A stretch of DNA of 64,000 nucleotides from Balanoglossus misakiensis (lineage: Eukaryota > Animalia > Hemichordata): NCBI GenBank assembly GCA_040954595.2, contig CM082598.2, forward strand, positions 10,245,779-10,309,778. The letters run 5' to 3'. The notes under the pieces are model-generated. The model did not search any database, was not told where the DNA came from, and worked only from the letters and a program-made list of their open reading frames with translations. The position numbers were made by a program, and so were the translations under genes. This document shows, piece by piece, positions 39,278 through 52,632 of the stretch (positions are counted from its first letter, which is position 1; each line of letters starts with the position of its first letter).

Positions 39278-42043
39278 TGCTATGAGCAATACTCCGTTGC
39301 GTTTACTGTCAGAGATGTATCTGCAACAACTCGATTTAATTCAGAGTGTCAGAAAAAGTGACTTGCTGGTCAAGAATGCAAACAGTGTCAGTCAGAGTGT
39401 CACACAGGTGAGAGATTTTTTCTTTTTTTTTTACACACGGGTTAGACGTGGGCATTGCAGAGCGGGCAGCACCAATTTCATAAATGTGCGTAGCAGTAAA
39501 TACAGACTGCCTTTGCTTCCTTCCATATTTCATGCACACCGTGTAAGTAGACTTTACCTAATTTTGTCCCTTCTTTTCACCCAATTTTCTGTCTTTTCCT
39601 GATCTCCAACACAGACTATGGTTGCCACCATCTTGTCTGTTGTTAGGACAGCACACTGCCTTATTGTGTTGACTGTGTGCAGTTTTTGTAACCAGAGCCT
39701 CTTGTTTGACACATGCGGGTAAGACGATTGTCACCCTTTAAGTGTCTTGGTTGATATTTGTTTCAGTTCAATGTGTTGACCCACAGTTTATTGTTGACGT
39801 TGGCCGCAACAAAAGCTGGACGAAATTGCGAAAACAAAATGAATGATGCCAACATTGCGCTCCGAAAAATAGCAACATCTCATCCGACATTGTTACTCAG
39901 GTAAGCAAATAAGTATGTCCAATCACACCAAAGTATTGCAAGCTGGGCATCTATGCAAGAATTCACAAAAGGTTATCATTCCTGAATTTGACTTGCAACA
40001 GTAGTTCGATAGTTAGCCAAATTTCACTGTAACATGTCACTTGTGGTCAGTCTTGACTGGTGGAGCATGCTGGCCTGGTATGCCTTACCCATTCCAGACA
40101 CCTGGTACCACCACTTAAAAGTGGTTCAAGATGATCCTGTTGACATTATCATTCTTTCTCATATTTTTGGACATGGTAATTAGCTTACCTTGAATGATAT
40201 TGATTATTGGACCTGATTTGATGCCCTATTTATCTCATTTTCAAATTTCAGACAAATGGCCATGATTTCAGCCGCTTTGAAAGGACGCGTTCATTTGACG
40301 TTTCCCGAGTTCTGATCTCGCCTCCACCGTCTCTTCTTCTCGCACATTCTCGGCTTATTGGAGTTGCTTCAACCGTACGTCTTCCAGCAGGATACAGAAC
40401 TGCTACACACAACAATGACATCTTATTTCCACCTCATCAGGGTAAGAACTCACTACACAATTATATAGTCCTGTAGCCTTTTCATGGCCATCACAAACAT
40501 TTTAACTATTAACGCTTTTGCTTAAACTATGACTGCATTGATATACCAAGGGGAACCCCGGTAAAATGACTGAGTAACCACGGTAACATTTACCTTGGTA
40601 CCGCACAGTATGCATATGAGTACAATGTATGTGTGTTCATGTATATGCATTGTGTATGCCTATCCGAAAACTCATTTAAATGGACCATTATGTTGTACCA
40701 TACTGTTGAAAAAGGGCGCTACATGTATTGGAGCTTTAGTAATAATTGAAATACATGTAATGTGGAACAATTCTTCCTTTTTGTATACTGATTACCGCTT
40801 ACTCCATGTTTACATAGTGATATGTGTAACTACTACCCTGACCTGTCCATATTTGAAGGCCCTAGTTGCCAGCGTCGCACTGCCCAGCAGAAGTGCCAAG
40901 GATTCCCAGGCCAATGTCACTATGGCAACCCAGGTCTCAAGGGGGTCAAGCATGGGTGCATTCAATGGTATGGCCTCCTCATCGACCTCGGCCCACTGGT
41001 CAAAGTAGGACGTCACACCACTCAAAATGAAACTGGGTTCCTACAGTAGTCTTGAAGGTGAATTTTTCATTCCTTATTTTTGCAGAACATGTATTTAATG
41101 CACTTGTCACTATTGCAAAAAGTAAGCGTTCACAAAATTTATGTCCAAATGTGCAAGAATCCTGTGTTTGAGTCAAGCTGAATAGCCAGAATACATGTCA
41201 AACATAAGTCTACCACAGGGCGCCCTACATGTCATCTGATAATTCTATGGAGATTCAACCTCATTGCTGGATATGCCATGGGCACTCAAGTGAAAAAGTT
41301 TGTAAAGGCTGCCGACAAGCACTATTACGTACTCAACCCAGTCTATTGTCTCATTTTGATCATCGACGAATGGTATGACTTGCAACAGACATAATTATTA
41401 ATGAGTATGAATTTTAATAAGCAATCTGTACTCTTATCTGGGCAGAATCCTGAGCCTGCAAACCAGATTAAATTTGACAGAAACTACATCAAAGTCGGTG
41501 CAGATTTGAGAGGTTGTTGTTGTTTTTTTACAGAGATACTTGAAGGGCTTCAAGAATTGGACGACATTTCCAAACGGAAAGTGGATATCTTGCATTATTT
41601 CACGGTAAGTTTACTCTGAAGTTTTGTCACTTTCACAGCCAAGACTTGGTTCAGTTCCAAAGCTTGAGTGACTTGGGCATTGCTTGAAGACCTGCATAAG
41701 TGTCATTTGAGAGTTCTGAATTCAACAAAACCACTAACCAAAGTTTTCCTTAGAAACTAGGAATATTGTAAGTGAAATTCAATTGAATCATGTGGCTGTC
41801 GAACATTGGTCCCAACAATAACGACGAACACAATACGATAGAATTTTTACTCAATGACTTTCTGGCCTCATTTTCGCATCGTCTTGGAAGGGCAAATGAA
41901 AAAGGCATATCGATTATTGGTACTCCACTTATTAGACTTTCCACTGTTTGTCAACAGCACTGCCAAGGAACTCCTGCCAGCCATCATTGATTGTCTGGAT
42001 AGTAGTGCCCAGAGTGTCGTCAATGTAGCTTTACAACATCTAC
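39278..42043 (+). pseudogene. INTS1: INTS1 cassette, exons A-F (2820 type)
   Basis: Near-identical to the reference copy. Confidence 0.88.
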
Positions 42044-42097
42044 GCAAAACAAAACTCTTTTTTTTTTGGCCTAACTTAATATATTTGTTTATTTCAG

Positions 42098-44862
42098 TGC
42101 TATGAGCAATACTCCGTTGCGTTTACTGTCAGAGATGTATCTGCAACAACTCGATTTAATTCAGAGTGTCAGAAAAAGTGACTTGCTGGTCAAGAATGCA
42201 AACAGTGTCAGTCAGAGTGTCACACAGGTGAGAGATTTTTTCTTTTTTTTTTACACACGGGTTAGACGTGGGCATTGCAGAGAGGGCAGCACCAATTTCA
42301 TAAATGTGCGTAGCAGTAAATACAGACTGCCTTTGCTTCCTTCCATATTTCATGCACACCGTGTAAGTAGACTTTACCTAATTGTGTCCCTTCTTTTCAC
42401 CCAATTTTCTGTCTTTTCCTGATCTCCAACACAGACTATGGTTGCCACCATCTTGTCTGTTGTTAGGACAGCACACTGCCTTATTGTGTTGACTGTGTGC
42501 AGTTTTTGTAACCAGAGCCTCTTGTTTGACACATGCGGGTAAGACGATTGTCACCCTTTAAGTGTCTTGGTTGATATTTGTTTCAGTTCAATGTGTTGAC
42601 CCACAGTTTATTGTTGACGTTGGCCGCAACAAAAGCTGGACGAAATTGCGAAAACAAAATGAATGATGCCAACATTGCGCTCCGAAAAATAGCAACATCT
42701 CATCCGACATTGTTACTCAGGTAAGCAAATAAGTATGTCCAATCACACCAAAGTATTGCAAGCTGGGCATCTATGCAAGAATTCACAAAAGGTTATCATT
42801 CCTGAATTTGACTTGCAACAGTAGTTCGATAGTTAGCCAAATTTCACTGTAACATGTCACTTGTGGTCAGTCTTGACTGGTGGAGCATGCTGGCCTGGTA
42901 TGCCTTACCCATTCCAGACACCTGGTACCACCACTTAAAAGTGGTTCAAGATGATCCTGTTGACATTATCATTCTTTCTCATATTTTTGGACATGGTAAT
43001 TAGCTTACCTTGAATGATATTGATTATTGGACCTGATTTGATGCCCTATTTATCTCATTTTCAAATTTCAGACAAATGGCCATGATTTCAGCCGCTTTGA
43101 AAGGACGCGTTCATTTGACGTTTCCCGAGTTCTGATCTCGCCTCCACCGTCTCTTCTTCTCGCACATTCTCGGCTTATTGGAGTTGCTTCAACCGTACGC
43201 CTTCCAGCAGGATACAGAACTGCTACACACAACAATGACATCTTATTTCCACCTCATCAGGGTAAGAACTCACTACACAATTATATAGTCCTGTAGCCTT
43301 TTCATGGCCATCACAAACATTTTAACTATTAACGCTTTTGCTTAAACTATGACTGCATTGATATACCAAGGGGAACCCCGGTAAAATGACTGAGTAACCA
43401 CGGTAACATTTACCTTGGTACCGCACAGTATGCATATGAGTACAATGTATGTGTGTTCATGTATATGCATTGTGTATGCCTATCCGAAAACTCATTTAAA
43501 TGGACCATTATGTTGTACCATACTGTTGAAAAAGGGCGCTACATGTATTGGAGCTTTAGTAATAATTGAAATACATGTAATGTGGAACAATTCTTCCTTT
43601 TTGTATACTGATTACCGCTTACTCCATGTTTACATAGTGATATGTGTAACTACTACCCTGACCTGTCCATATTTGAAGGCCCTAGTTGCCAGCGTCGCAC
43701 TGCCCAGCAGAAGTGCCAAGGATTCCCAGGCCAATGTCACTATGGCAACCCAGGTCTCAAGGGGGTCAAGCATGGGTGCATTCAATGGTATGGCCTCCTC
43801 ATCGACCTCGGCCCACTGGTCAAAGTAGGACGTCACACCACTCAAAATGAAACTGGGTTCCTACAGTAGTCTTGAAGGTGAATTTTTCATTCCTTATTTT
43901 TGCAGAACATGTATTTAATGCACTTGTCACTATTGCAAAAAGTAAGCGTTCACAAAATTTATGTCCAAATGTGCAAGAATCCTGTGTTTGAGTCAAGCTG
44001 AATAGCCAGAATACATGTCAAACATAAGTCTACCACAGGGCGCCCTACATGTCATGTGATAATTCTATGGAGATTCAACCTCATTGCTGGATATGCCATG
44101 GGCACTCAAGTGAAAAAGTTTGTAAAGGCTGCCGACAAGCACTATTACGTACTCAACCCAGTCTATTGTCTCATTTTGATCATCGACGAATGGTATGACT
44201 TGCAACAGACATAATTATTAATGAGTATGAATTTTAATAAGCAATCTGTACTCTTATCTGGGCAGAATCCTGAGCCTGCAAACCAGATTAAATTTGACAG
44301 AAACTACATCAAAGTCGGTGCAGATTTGAGAGGTTGTTGTTGTTTTTTACAGAGATACTTGAAGGGCTTCAAGAATTGGACGACATTTCCAAACGGAAAG
44401 TGGATATCTTGCATTATTTCACGGTAAGTTTACTCTGAAGTTTTGTCACTTTCACAGCCAAGACTTGGTTCAGTTCCAAAGCTTGAGTGACTTGGGCATT
44501 GCTTGAAGACCTGCATAAGTGTCATTTGAGAGTTCTGAATTCAACAAAACCACTAACCAAAGTTTTCCTTAGAAACTAGGAATATTGTAAGTGAAATTCA
44601 ATTGAATCATGTGGCTGTCGAACATTGGTCCCAACAATAACGACGAACACAATACGATAGAATTTTTACTCAATGACTTTCTGGCCTCATTTTCGCATCG
44701 TCTTGGAAGGGCAAATGAAAAAGGCATATCAATTATTGGTACTCCACTTATTAGACTTTCCACTGTTTGTCAACAGCACTGCCAAGGAACTCCTGCCAGC
44801 CATCATTGATTGTCTGGATAGTAGTGCCCAGAGTGTCGTCAATGTAGCTTTACAACATCTAC
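42098..44862 (+). pseudogene. INTS1: INTS1 cassette, exons A-F (2820 type)
   Basis: Near-identical to the reference copy. Confidence 0.88.
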
Positions 44863-44916
44863 GCAAAACAAAACTCTTTTTTTTTTGGCCTAACTTAATA
44901 TATTTGTTTATTTCAG

Positions 44917-46696
44917 TGCTATGAGCAATACTCCGTTGCGTTTACTGTCAGAGATGTATCTGCAACAACTCGATTTAATTCAGAGTGTCAGAAAAAGTGA
45001 CTTGCTGGTCAAGAATGCAAACAGTGTCAGTCAGAGTGTCACACAGGTGAGAGATTTTTTCTTTTTTTTTTACACACGGGTTAGACGTGGGCATTGCAGA
45101 GCGGGCAGCACCAATTTCATAAATGTGCGTAGCAGTAAATACAGACTGCCTTTGCTTCCTTCCATATTTCATGCACACCGTGTAAGTAGACTTTACCTAA
45201 TTTTGTCCCTTCTTTTCACCCAATTTTCTGTCTTTTCCTGATCTCCAACACAGACTATGGTTGCCACCATCTTGTCTGTTGTTAGGACAGCACACTGCCT
45301 TATTGTGTTGACTGTGTGCAGTTTTTGTAACCAGAGCCTCTTGTTTGACACATGCGGGTAAGACGATTGTCACCCTTTAAGTGTCTTGGTTGATATTTGT
45401 TTCAGTTCAATGTGTTGACCCACAGTTTATTGTTGACGTTGGCCGCAACAAAAGCTGGACGAAATTGCGAAAACAAAATGAATGATGCCAACATTGCGCT
45501 CCGAAAAATAGCAACATCTCATCCGACATTGTTACTCAGGTAAGCAAATAAGTATGTCCAATCACACCAAAGTATTGCAAGCTGGGCATCTATGCAAGAA
45601 TTCACAAAAGGTTATCATTCCTGAATTTGACTTGCAACAGTAGTTCGATAGTTAGCCAAATTTCACTGTAACATGTCACTTGTGGTCAGTCTTGACTGGT
45701 GGAGCATGCTGGCCTGGTATGCCTTACCCATTCCAGACACCTGGTACCACCACTTAAAAGTGGTTCAAGATGATCCTGTTGACATTATCATTCTTTCTCA
45801 TATTTTTGGACATGGTAATTAGCTTACCTTGAATGATATTGATTATTGGACCTGATTTGATGCCCTATTTATCTCATTTTCAAATTTCAGACAAATGGCC
45901 ATGATTTCAGCCGCTTTGAAAGGACGCGTTCATTTGACGTTTCCCGAGTTCTGATCTCGCCTCCACCGTCTCTTCTTCTCGCACATTCTCGGCTTATTGG
46001 AGTTGCTTCAACCGTACGTCTTCCAGCAGGATACAGAACTGCTACACACAACAATGACATCTTATTTCCACCTCATCAGGGTAAGAACTCACTACACAAT
46101 TATATAGTCCTGTAGCCTTTTCATGGCCATCACAAACATTTTAACTATTAATGCTTTTGCTTAAACTATGACTGCATTGATATACCAAGGGGAACCCCGG
46201 TAAAATGACTGAGTAACCACGGTAACATTTACCTTGGTACCGCACAGTATGCATATGAGTACAATGTATGTGTGTTCATGTATATGCATTGTGTATGCCT
46301 ATCCGAAAACTCATTTAAATGGACCATTATGTTGTACCATACTGTTGAAAAAGGGCGCTACATGTATTGGAGCTTTAGTAATAATTGAAATACATGTAAT
46401 GTGGAACAATTCTTCCTTTTTGTATACTGATTACCGCTTACTCCATGTTTACATAGTGATATGTGTAACTACTACCCTGACCTGTCCATATTTGAAGGCC
46501 CTAGTTGCCAGCGTCGCACTGCCCAGCAGAAGTGCCAAGGATTCCCAGGCCAATGTCACTATGGCAACCCAGGTCTCAAGGGGGTCAAGCATGGGTGCAT
46601 TCAATGGTATGGCCTCCTCATCGACCTCGGCCCACTGGTCAAAGTAGGACGTCACACCACTCAAAATGAAACTGGGTTCCTACAGTAGTCTTGAAG
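44917..46696 (+). pseudogene. INTS1: Terminal INTS1 cassette, exons A-D only
   Basis: The array ends at 46878, inside the D-E intron. Confidence 0.87.
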
Positions 46697-46878
46697 GTGA
46701 ATTTTTCATTCCTTATTTTTGCAGAACATGTATTTAATGCACTTGTCACTATTGCAAAAAGTAAGCGTTCACAAAATTTATGTCCAAATGTGCAAGAATC
46801 CTGTGTTTGAGTCAAGATGAATAGCCAGAATACATGTCAAACATAAGTCTACCATACGGCGCCCTACATGTCATCTGA

Positions 46879-47201
46879 AGTCTTCTTCTCGATTAATTAC
46901 AAAGTTCTTCCCCGTCAAACACCGTATATACTGTTACACAGTCAATTTGCATTCATCTCAGTTTTTACCAACGACCGCGAGGTATTGCACTGTGCGCGTC
47001 AGCTGCAATGAGCCAGCCACACCATCAAGGACGGCATACATTGATTTGTTGAACAAGTTCATACACTGCACTTCCGTATAAAAATGTTATGCGAGTTACT
47101 TTAACATAAAGTTTTTTTTCTTGTTTTTATAATTACATGTACGTCATCTATACAACAGTGGAAATTTCAACAGGGGCTGGAAAAACATCTTTTCACTATG
47201 T
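46879..47201. other. Single-copy spacer between the macrosatellite and the AT-rich satellite
   Basis: I see no second copy in the window, and it has no ORF of 60 aa or more. Confidence 0.6.
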
Positions 47202-50200
47202 GTTATTAACTCAAATATTTGTTCCAGATCGAATGTTCTTAAAGAAAATGATTAAATGAGCAATTTAAATTGAAAAACACTCTTTTTATGGCGTCAAAAA
47301 CACTGTAGGATCATTATAAATCCCTTTTCAATTAACAAGAAATTCTATCATAAATGCACCCCTGTTTAGGCTTTGAAACACTATTTGATCATTCTAAATC
47401 CTTTCTTAGAAAATATAATAAAAACAACAATTTTTTGGGTTCGAAAAGGGCAAATATTGTTTACACTTAGTGAAGCTTCAATGTACAATTTCTTCTTTTT
47501 GAGTTTATTAAAATTGGTGCTCTTTGCGCCCCTTTTACCTAGTGTGTGTACGTGTGGTTCATTTAATATGAGGAATAGCACTCACATCAAATTTAAATAA
47601 GTCAAATTCAATTCAATCAAAATAAAATCACATCAGATATATAATAAATATCTTACCAAAGTAACATATTTATGACAATTCTGCAATAATTCTTTGAAAG
47701 AATTACTTAAACCGTTATTTTGCCACAAAAAGAGTTCAATAAGTTATTAACTCAATCTTTGTTCCAGATCGAATGATTTTAAAGAAAATGATTTAATGAG
47801 CAATTTAAATTAAAAAACACTCTAATTATGGCGTAAAAAACAGTGTAGGCTCATTATAAGTCCCTTTTCTGACAATTTGAATAAAACGCTTTATTTCTTT
47901 ACTAAAAACGTTTAATGCATTCACAAATCCATGTTATATTCACATTGCATATTTCAAAAGAAAATTAATTAACAAGCAATTCTAACATAAATGCACCCTT
48001 CTTTCGGCTTTGAAACACTATTTAATCATTCTAAATTCTTTCTTCGAAAATATAATAAAAACAACCAATTTTTTGGGTTCGAAAAGGCACCAACAAACGC
48101 CAAGAATTTTTACAATTAGTGAAGCTTCAATGTACAATTTCTTCTTTTTGATTTTATTAAAATGTGTGCTCATTGCGCCCATTTCACCTAATATGAGGAA
48201 TAGCACACAAATCAAATTTAAATTAATCAAATTCAATCAAATCAAATTAAAATAAAATCACATCAGATATATAATAAAGATCTTATCAAAGTAACATATT
48301 TATGACGATTTTGCAATTATTCTTTTTAATAATTACTTAAACCATTATTTTGCCACAAAAGGAGTTCAATATGTTATTAACTCAATCATTGTTAAAGATC
48401 GACTGTTTTTAAAGAAAATGATTAAATGAGCAATTTAAATATAAAAACACTCTAATTATGGCTTCGAAAACACTATAGGATCATTATAAGTCCCTTTTCT
48501 GAAAATTTGAATAAAATGCTTTATTTCTTTACTAAACACGTTTTATGCATGTTCAAATCGATGTTATATTCAAATTGCATATTTCGAAAGAAAATTAATT
48601 AACAAGCAATTCTAACATAAATGCACCCCTCCTTCGGCTTTGAAACACTATTTAATCATTCCAAATCCTGTCTTCGAAAATATAATAAAATCAACCATTT
48701 TTTGGGTTCGAAAAGGCACCTACAAACGCCAAGAATTTTTACACTTAGTGAAGCTTCAATGTACAATTTCTTCTTTTTGAGTTTATTAAAATGTGTGCTC
48801 ATTGCGCCCATTTCACCTAATATGAGGAATAGCACACAAATCAAATTTAAATTAATCAAATTCAATCAAATCAAATTAAAATAAAATCACATCAGATATA
48901 TAATAAAGATCTTATCAAAGTAACATATTTATGACGATTTTGCAATTATTCTTTTAAATAATTACTTAAACCATTATTTTGCCACAAAAAGAGTTCAATA
49001 TGTTATTAACTCAATCTTTGTTAAAGATCGACTGTTTTTATAGAAAATGATTAAATGAGCAATTTAAATATAAAAACACTCTAATTATGGCTTCGAAAAC
49101 ACTATAGGATCATTATAAGTCCCTTTTCTGAAAATTTGAATAAAACGCTTTATTTCTTTACTAAACACGTTTTATGCATGTTCAAATCGATGTTATATTC
49201 AAATTGCATATTTCGAAAGAAAATTAATTAACAAGCAATTCTAACATAAATGCACCCCTCTTTCGGCTTTGAAACACTATTTGATCATTTTAAATCCTTT
49301 CTTCGTAAATATAATAAAAACAACCATTTTTGGGTTCGAAAAGGCACCTACAAACGCCAATAATTTTTACACTTAGTGAAGCTTCAATGTACAATTTCTT
49401 CGTTTTGAGTTAATTAAAATGTGTGCTTATTGCGCCCATTTCACCTAATATGAGGAATAGCACAAAAATCAAATTTAAATTAATCAAATTCAATCAAATC
49501 AAATTAAAATAAAATCACATCAGATATATAATAAAGATCTAATCAAAGAAACATATTTATGACGATTTTGCAATTATTCTTTTAAATAATTACTTAAACC
49601 ATTATTTTGCCACAAAAAGAGTTCAATATGTTATTAACTCAATCTTTGTTAAAGATCGACTGTTTTTAAAGAAAATGATTAAATGAGTAATTTAAATTTA
49701 AAAACACTCTAATTATGGCTTCGAAAACACTATAGGATCATTATAAGTCCCTTTTCTGAAAATTTGAATAAAACGCTTTATTTCTTTACTAAACACGTTT
49801 TATGCATGTTCAAATCGATGTTATATTCAAATTGCATATTTCGAAAGAAAATTAATTAACAAGCAATTCTAACATAAATGCACCCCTCTTTCGGCTTTGA
49901 AACACTATTTGATCATTTTAAATCCTGTCTTCGAAAATATAATAAAATCAACCATTTTTTGGGTTCGAAAAGGCACCTACAAACGCCAAGAATTTTTACA
50001 CTTAGTGAAGCTTCAATGTACAATTTCTTCGTTTTGAGTTAATTAAAATGTGTGCTTATTGCGCCCATTTCACCTAATATGAGGAATAGCACACAAATCA
50101 AATTTAAATTAATCAAATTCAATCAAATCAAATTAAAATAAAATCACATCAGATATATAATAAAGGTCTTATCAAAGTAACATATTTATGACGATTTTGC

Positions 50201-52632
50201 AATTATTCTTTTAAATAATTACTTAAACCATTATTTTGCCACAAAAAGAGTTCAATATGTTATTAACTCAATCTTTGTTAAAGATCGACTGTTTTTATAG
50301 AAAATGATTAAATGAGCAATTTAAATGTAAAAACACTCTAATTATGGCTTCGAAAACACTATAGGATCATTATAAGTCCCTTTTCTGAAAATTTGAATAA
50401 AACGCTTTATTTCTTTACTAAACACGTTTTATGCATGTTCAAATCGATGTTATATTCAAATTGCATATTTCGAAAGAAAATTAATTAACAAGCAATTCTA
50501 ACATAAATGCACCCCTCTTTCGGCTTTGAAACACTATTTAATCATTCCAAATCCTGTCTTCGAAAATATAATAAAATCAACCATTTTTTGGGTTCGAAAA
50601 GGCACCTACAAACGCCAAGAATTTTTACACTTAGTGAAGCTTCAATGTACAATTTCTTCTTTTTGAGTTAATTAAAATGTGTGCTCATTGCGCCCATTTC
50701 ACCTAATATGAGGAATAGCACACAAATCAAATTTAAATTAATCAAATTCAATCAAATCAAATTAAAATAAAATCACATCAGATATATAATAAAGGTCTTA
50801 TCAAAGTAACATATTTATGACGATTTTGCAATTATTCTTTTAAATAATTACTTAAACCATTATTTTGCCACAAAAAGAGTTCAATATGTTATTAACTCAA
50901 TCTTTGTTAAAGATCGACTGTTTTTATAGAAAATGATTAAATGAGCAATTTAAATGTAAAAACACTCTAATTATGGTTTCGAAAACACTATAGGATCATT
51001 ATAAGTCCCTTTTCTGAAAATTTGAATAAAACGCTTTATTTCTTTACTAAACACGTTTTATGCATGTTCAAATCGATGTTATATTCAAATTGCATATTTC
51101 GAAAGAAAATTAATTAACAAGCAATTCTAACATAAATGCACCCCTCTTTCGGCTTTGAAACACTATTTAATCATTCCAAATCCTGTCTTCGAAAATATAA
51201 TAAAATCAACCATTTTTTGGGTTCGAAAAGGCACCTACAAACGCCAAGAATTTTTACACTTAGTGAAGCTTCAATGTACAATTTCTTCTTTTTGAGTTTA
51301 TTAAAATGTGTGCTCATTGCGCCCATTTCACCTAATATGAGGAATAGCACACAAATCAAATTTAAATTAATCAAATTCAATCAAATCAAATTAAAATAAA
51401 ATCACATCAGATATATAATAAAGATCTTATCAAAGTAACATATTTATGACGATTTTGCAATTATTCTTTTAAATAATTACTTAAACCATTATTTTGCCAC
51501 AAAAAGAGTTCAATATGTTATTAACTCAATCTTTGTTAAAGATCGACTGTTTTTATAGAAAATGATTAAATGAACAATTTAAATATAAAAACACTCTAAT
51601 TATGGCTTCGAAAACACTATAGGATCATTATAAGTCCCTTTTCTGAAAATTTGAATAAAACGCTTTATTTCTTTACTAAACACGTTTTATGCATGTTCAA
51701 ATCGATGTTATATTCAAATTGCATATTTCGAAAGAAAATTAATTAACAAGCAATTCTAACATAAATGCACCCCTCTTTCGGCTTTGAAACACTATTTAAT
51801 CATTTAAAATCCTTTCTTCGTAAATATAATAAAAACAACCATTTTTGGGTTCGAAAAGGCACCTACAAACGCCAAGAATTTTAACACTTAGTGAAGCTTC
51901 AATGTACAATTTCTTCGTTTTGAGTTAATTAAAATGTGTGCTTATTGCGCCCATTTCACCTAATATGAGGAATAGCACACAAATCAAATTTAAATTAATC
52001 AAATACAATCAAATCAAATTAAAATAAAATCACATCAGATATATAATAAAGATCTTATCAAAGTAACGTATTTATGACGATTTTGCAATTATTCTTTTAA
52101 ATAATTACTTAAACCATAATTTTGCCACAAAAAGAGTTCAATATGTTATTAACTCAATCTTTGTTAAAGATCGACTGTTTTTAAAGAAAATGATTAAATG
52201 AGCAATTTTAATTTAAAAACACTCTAATTATGGCTTCGAAAACACTATAGGATCATTATAAGTCCCTTTTCTGAAAATTTGAATAAAACGCTTTATTTCT
52301 TTACTAAACACGTTTTATGCATGTTCAAATCGATGTTATATTCAAATTGCATATTTCGAAAGAAAATTAATTAACAAGCAATTCTAACATAAATGCACCC
52401 CTCTTTCGGCTATGAAACACTATTTAATCATTCCAAATCCTTTCTTCGTAAATATAATAAAAACAACCATTTTTGGGTTCGAAAAGGCACCTACAAACGC
52501 CAAGAATTTTTACACTTAGTGAAGCTTCAATGTACAATTTCTTCTTTTTGAGTTTATTAAAATGTGTGCTCATTGCGCCCATTTCACCTAATATGAGGAA
52601 TAGCACACAAATCAAATTTAAATAAATCAAAA
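47202..52632. repeat. AT-rich subtelomeric satellite, ~629-bp unit, ~8.7 copies
   Basis: GTTATTAACTCAA occurs at 47202, 47743, 48373, 49002, 49630, 50259, 50888, 51517 and 52145. The first unit is shorter (541 bp) and more diverged. Confidence 0.95.

Larger units (their letters stand above)
1..46878 (+). repeat. Subtelomeric tandem macrosatellite, basic unit 2820 bp, 17 units plus a partial one, built from an INTS1 gene fragment
   Basis: The marker GTTGAAAAAGG recurs at 1, 2821, 5641, 8459, 11248, 14556, 17864, 18797, 22105, 24366, 26627, 29424, 32244, 35064, 37884, 40705, 43525 and 46344. Periods are 2820, 2820, 2818, 2789, 3308, 3308, 933, 3308, 2261, 2261, 2797, 2820 x3, 2821, 2820, 2819. 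The array ends at ...CATGTCATCTGA (46878). Confidence 0.98.

Noticed and set aside
2-46688. Repeated 60-137 aa ORFs in the ORF track as real CDS
   Set aside because: They are read-throughs across exon-intron boundaries or antisense frames of the INTS1 pseudo-exons. They recur only because the DNA is repeated, and indels alter them freely between units.
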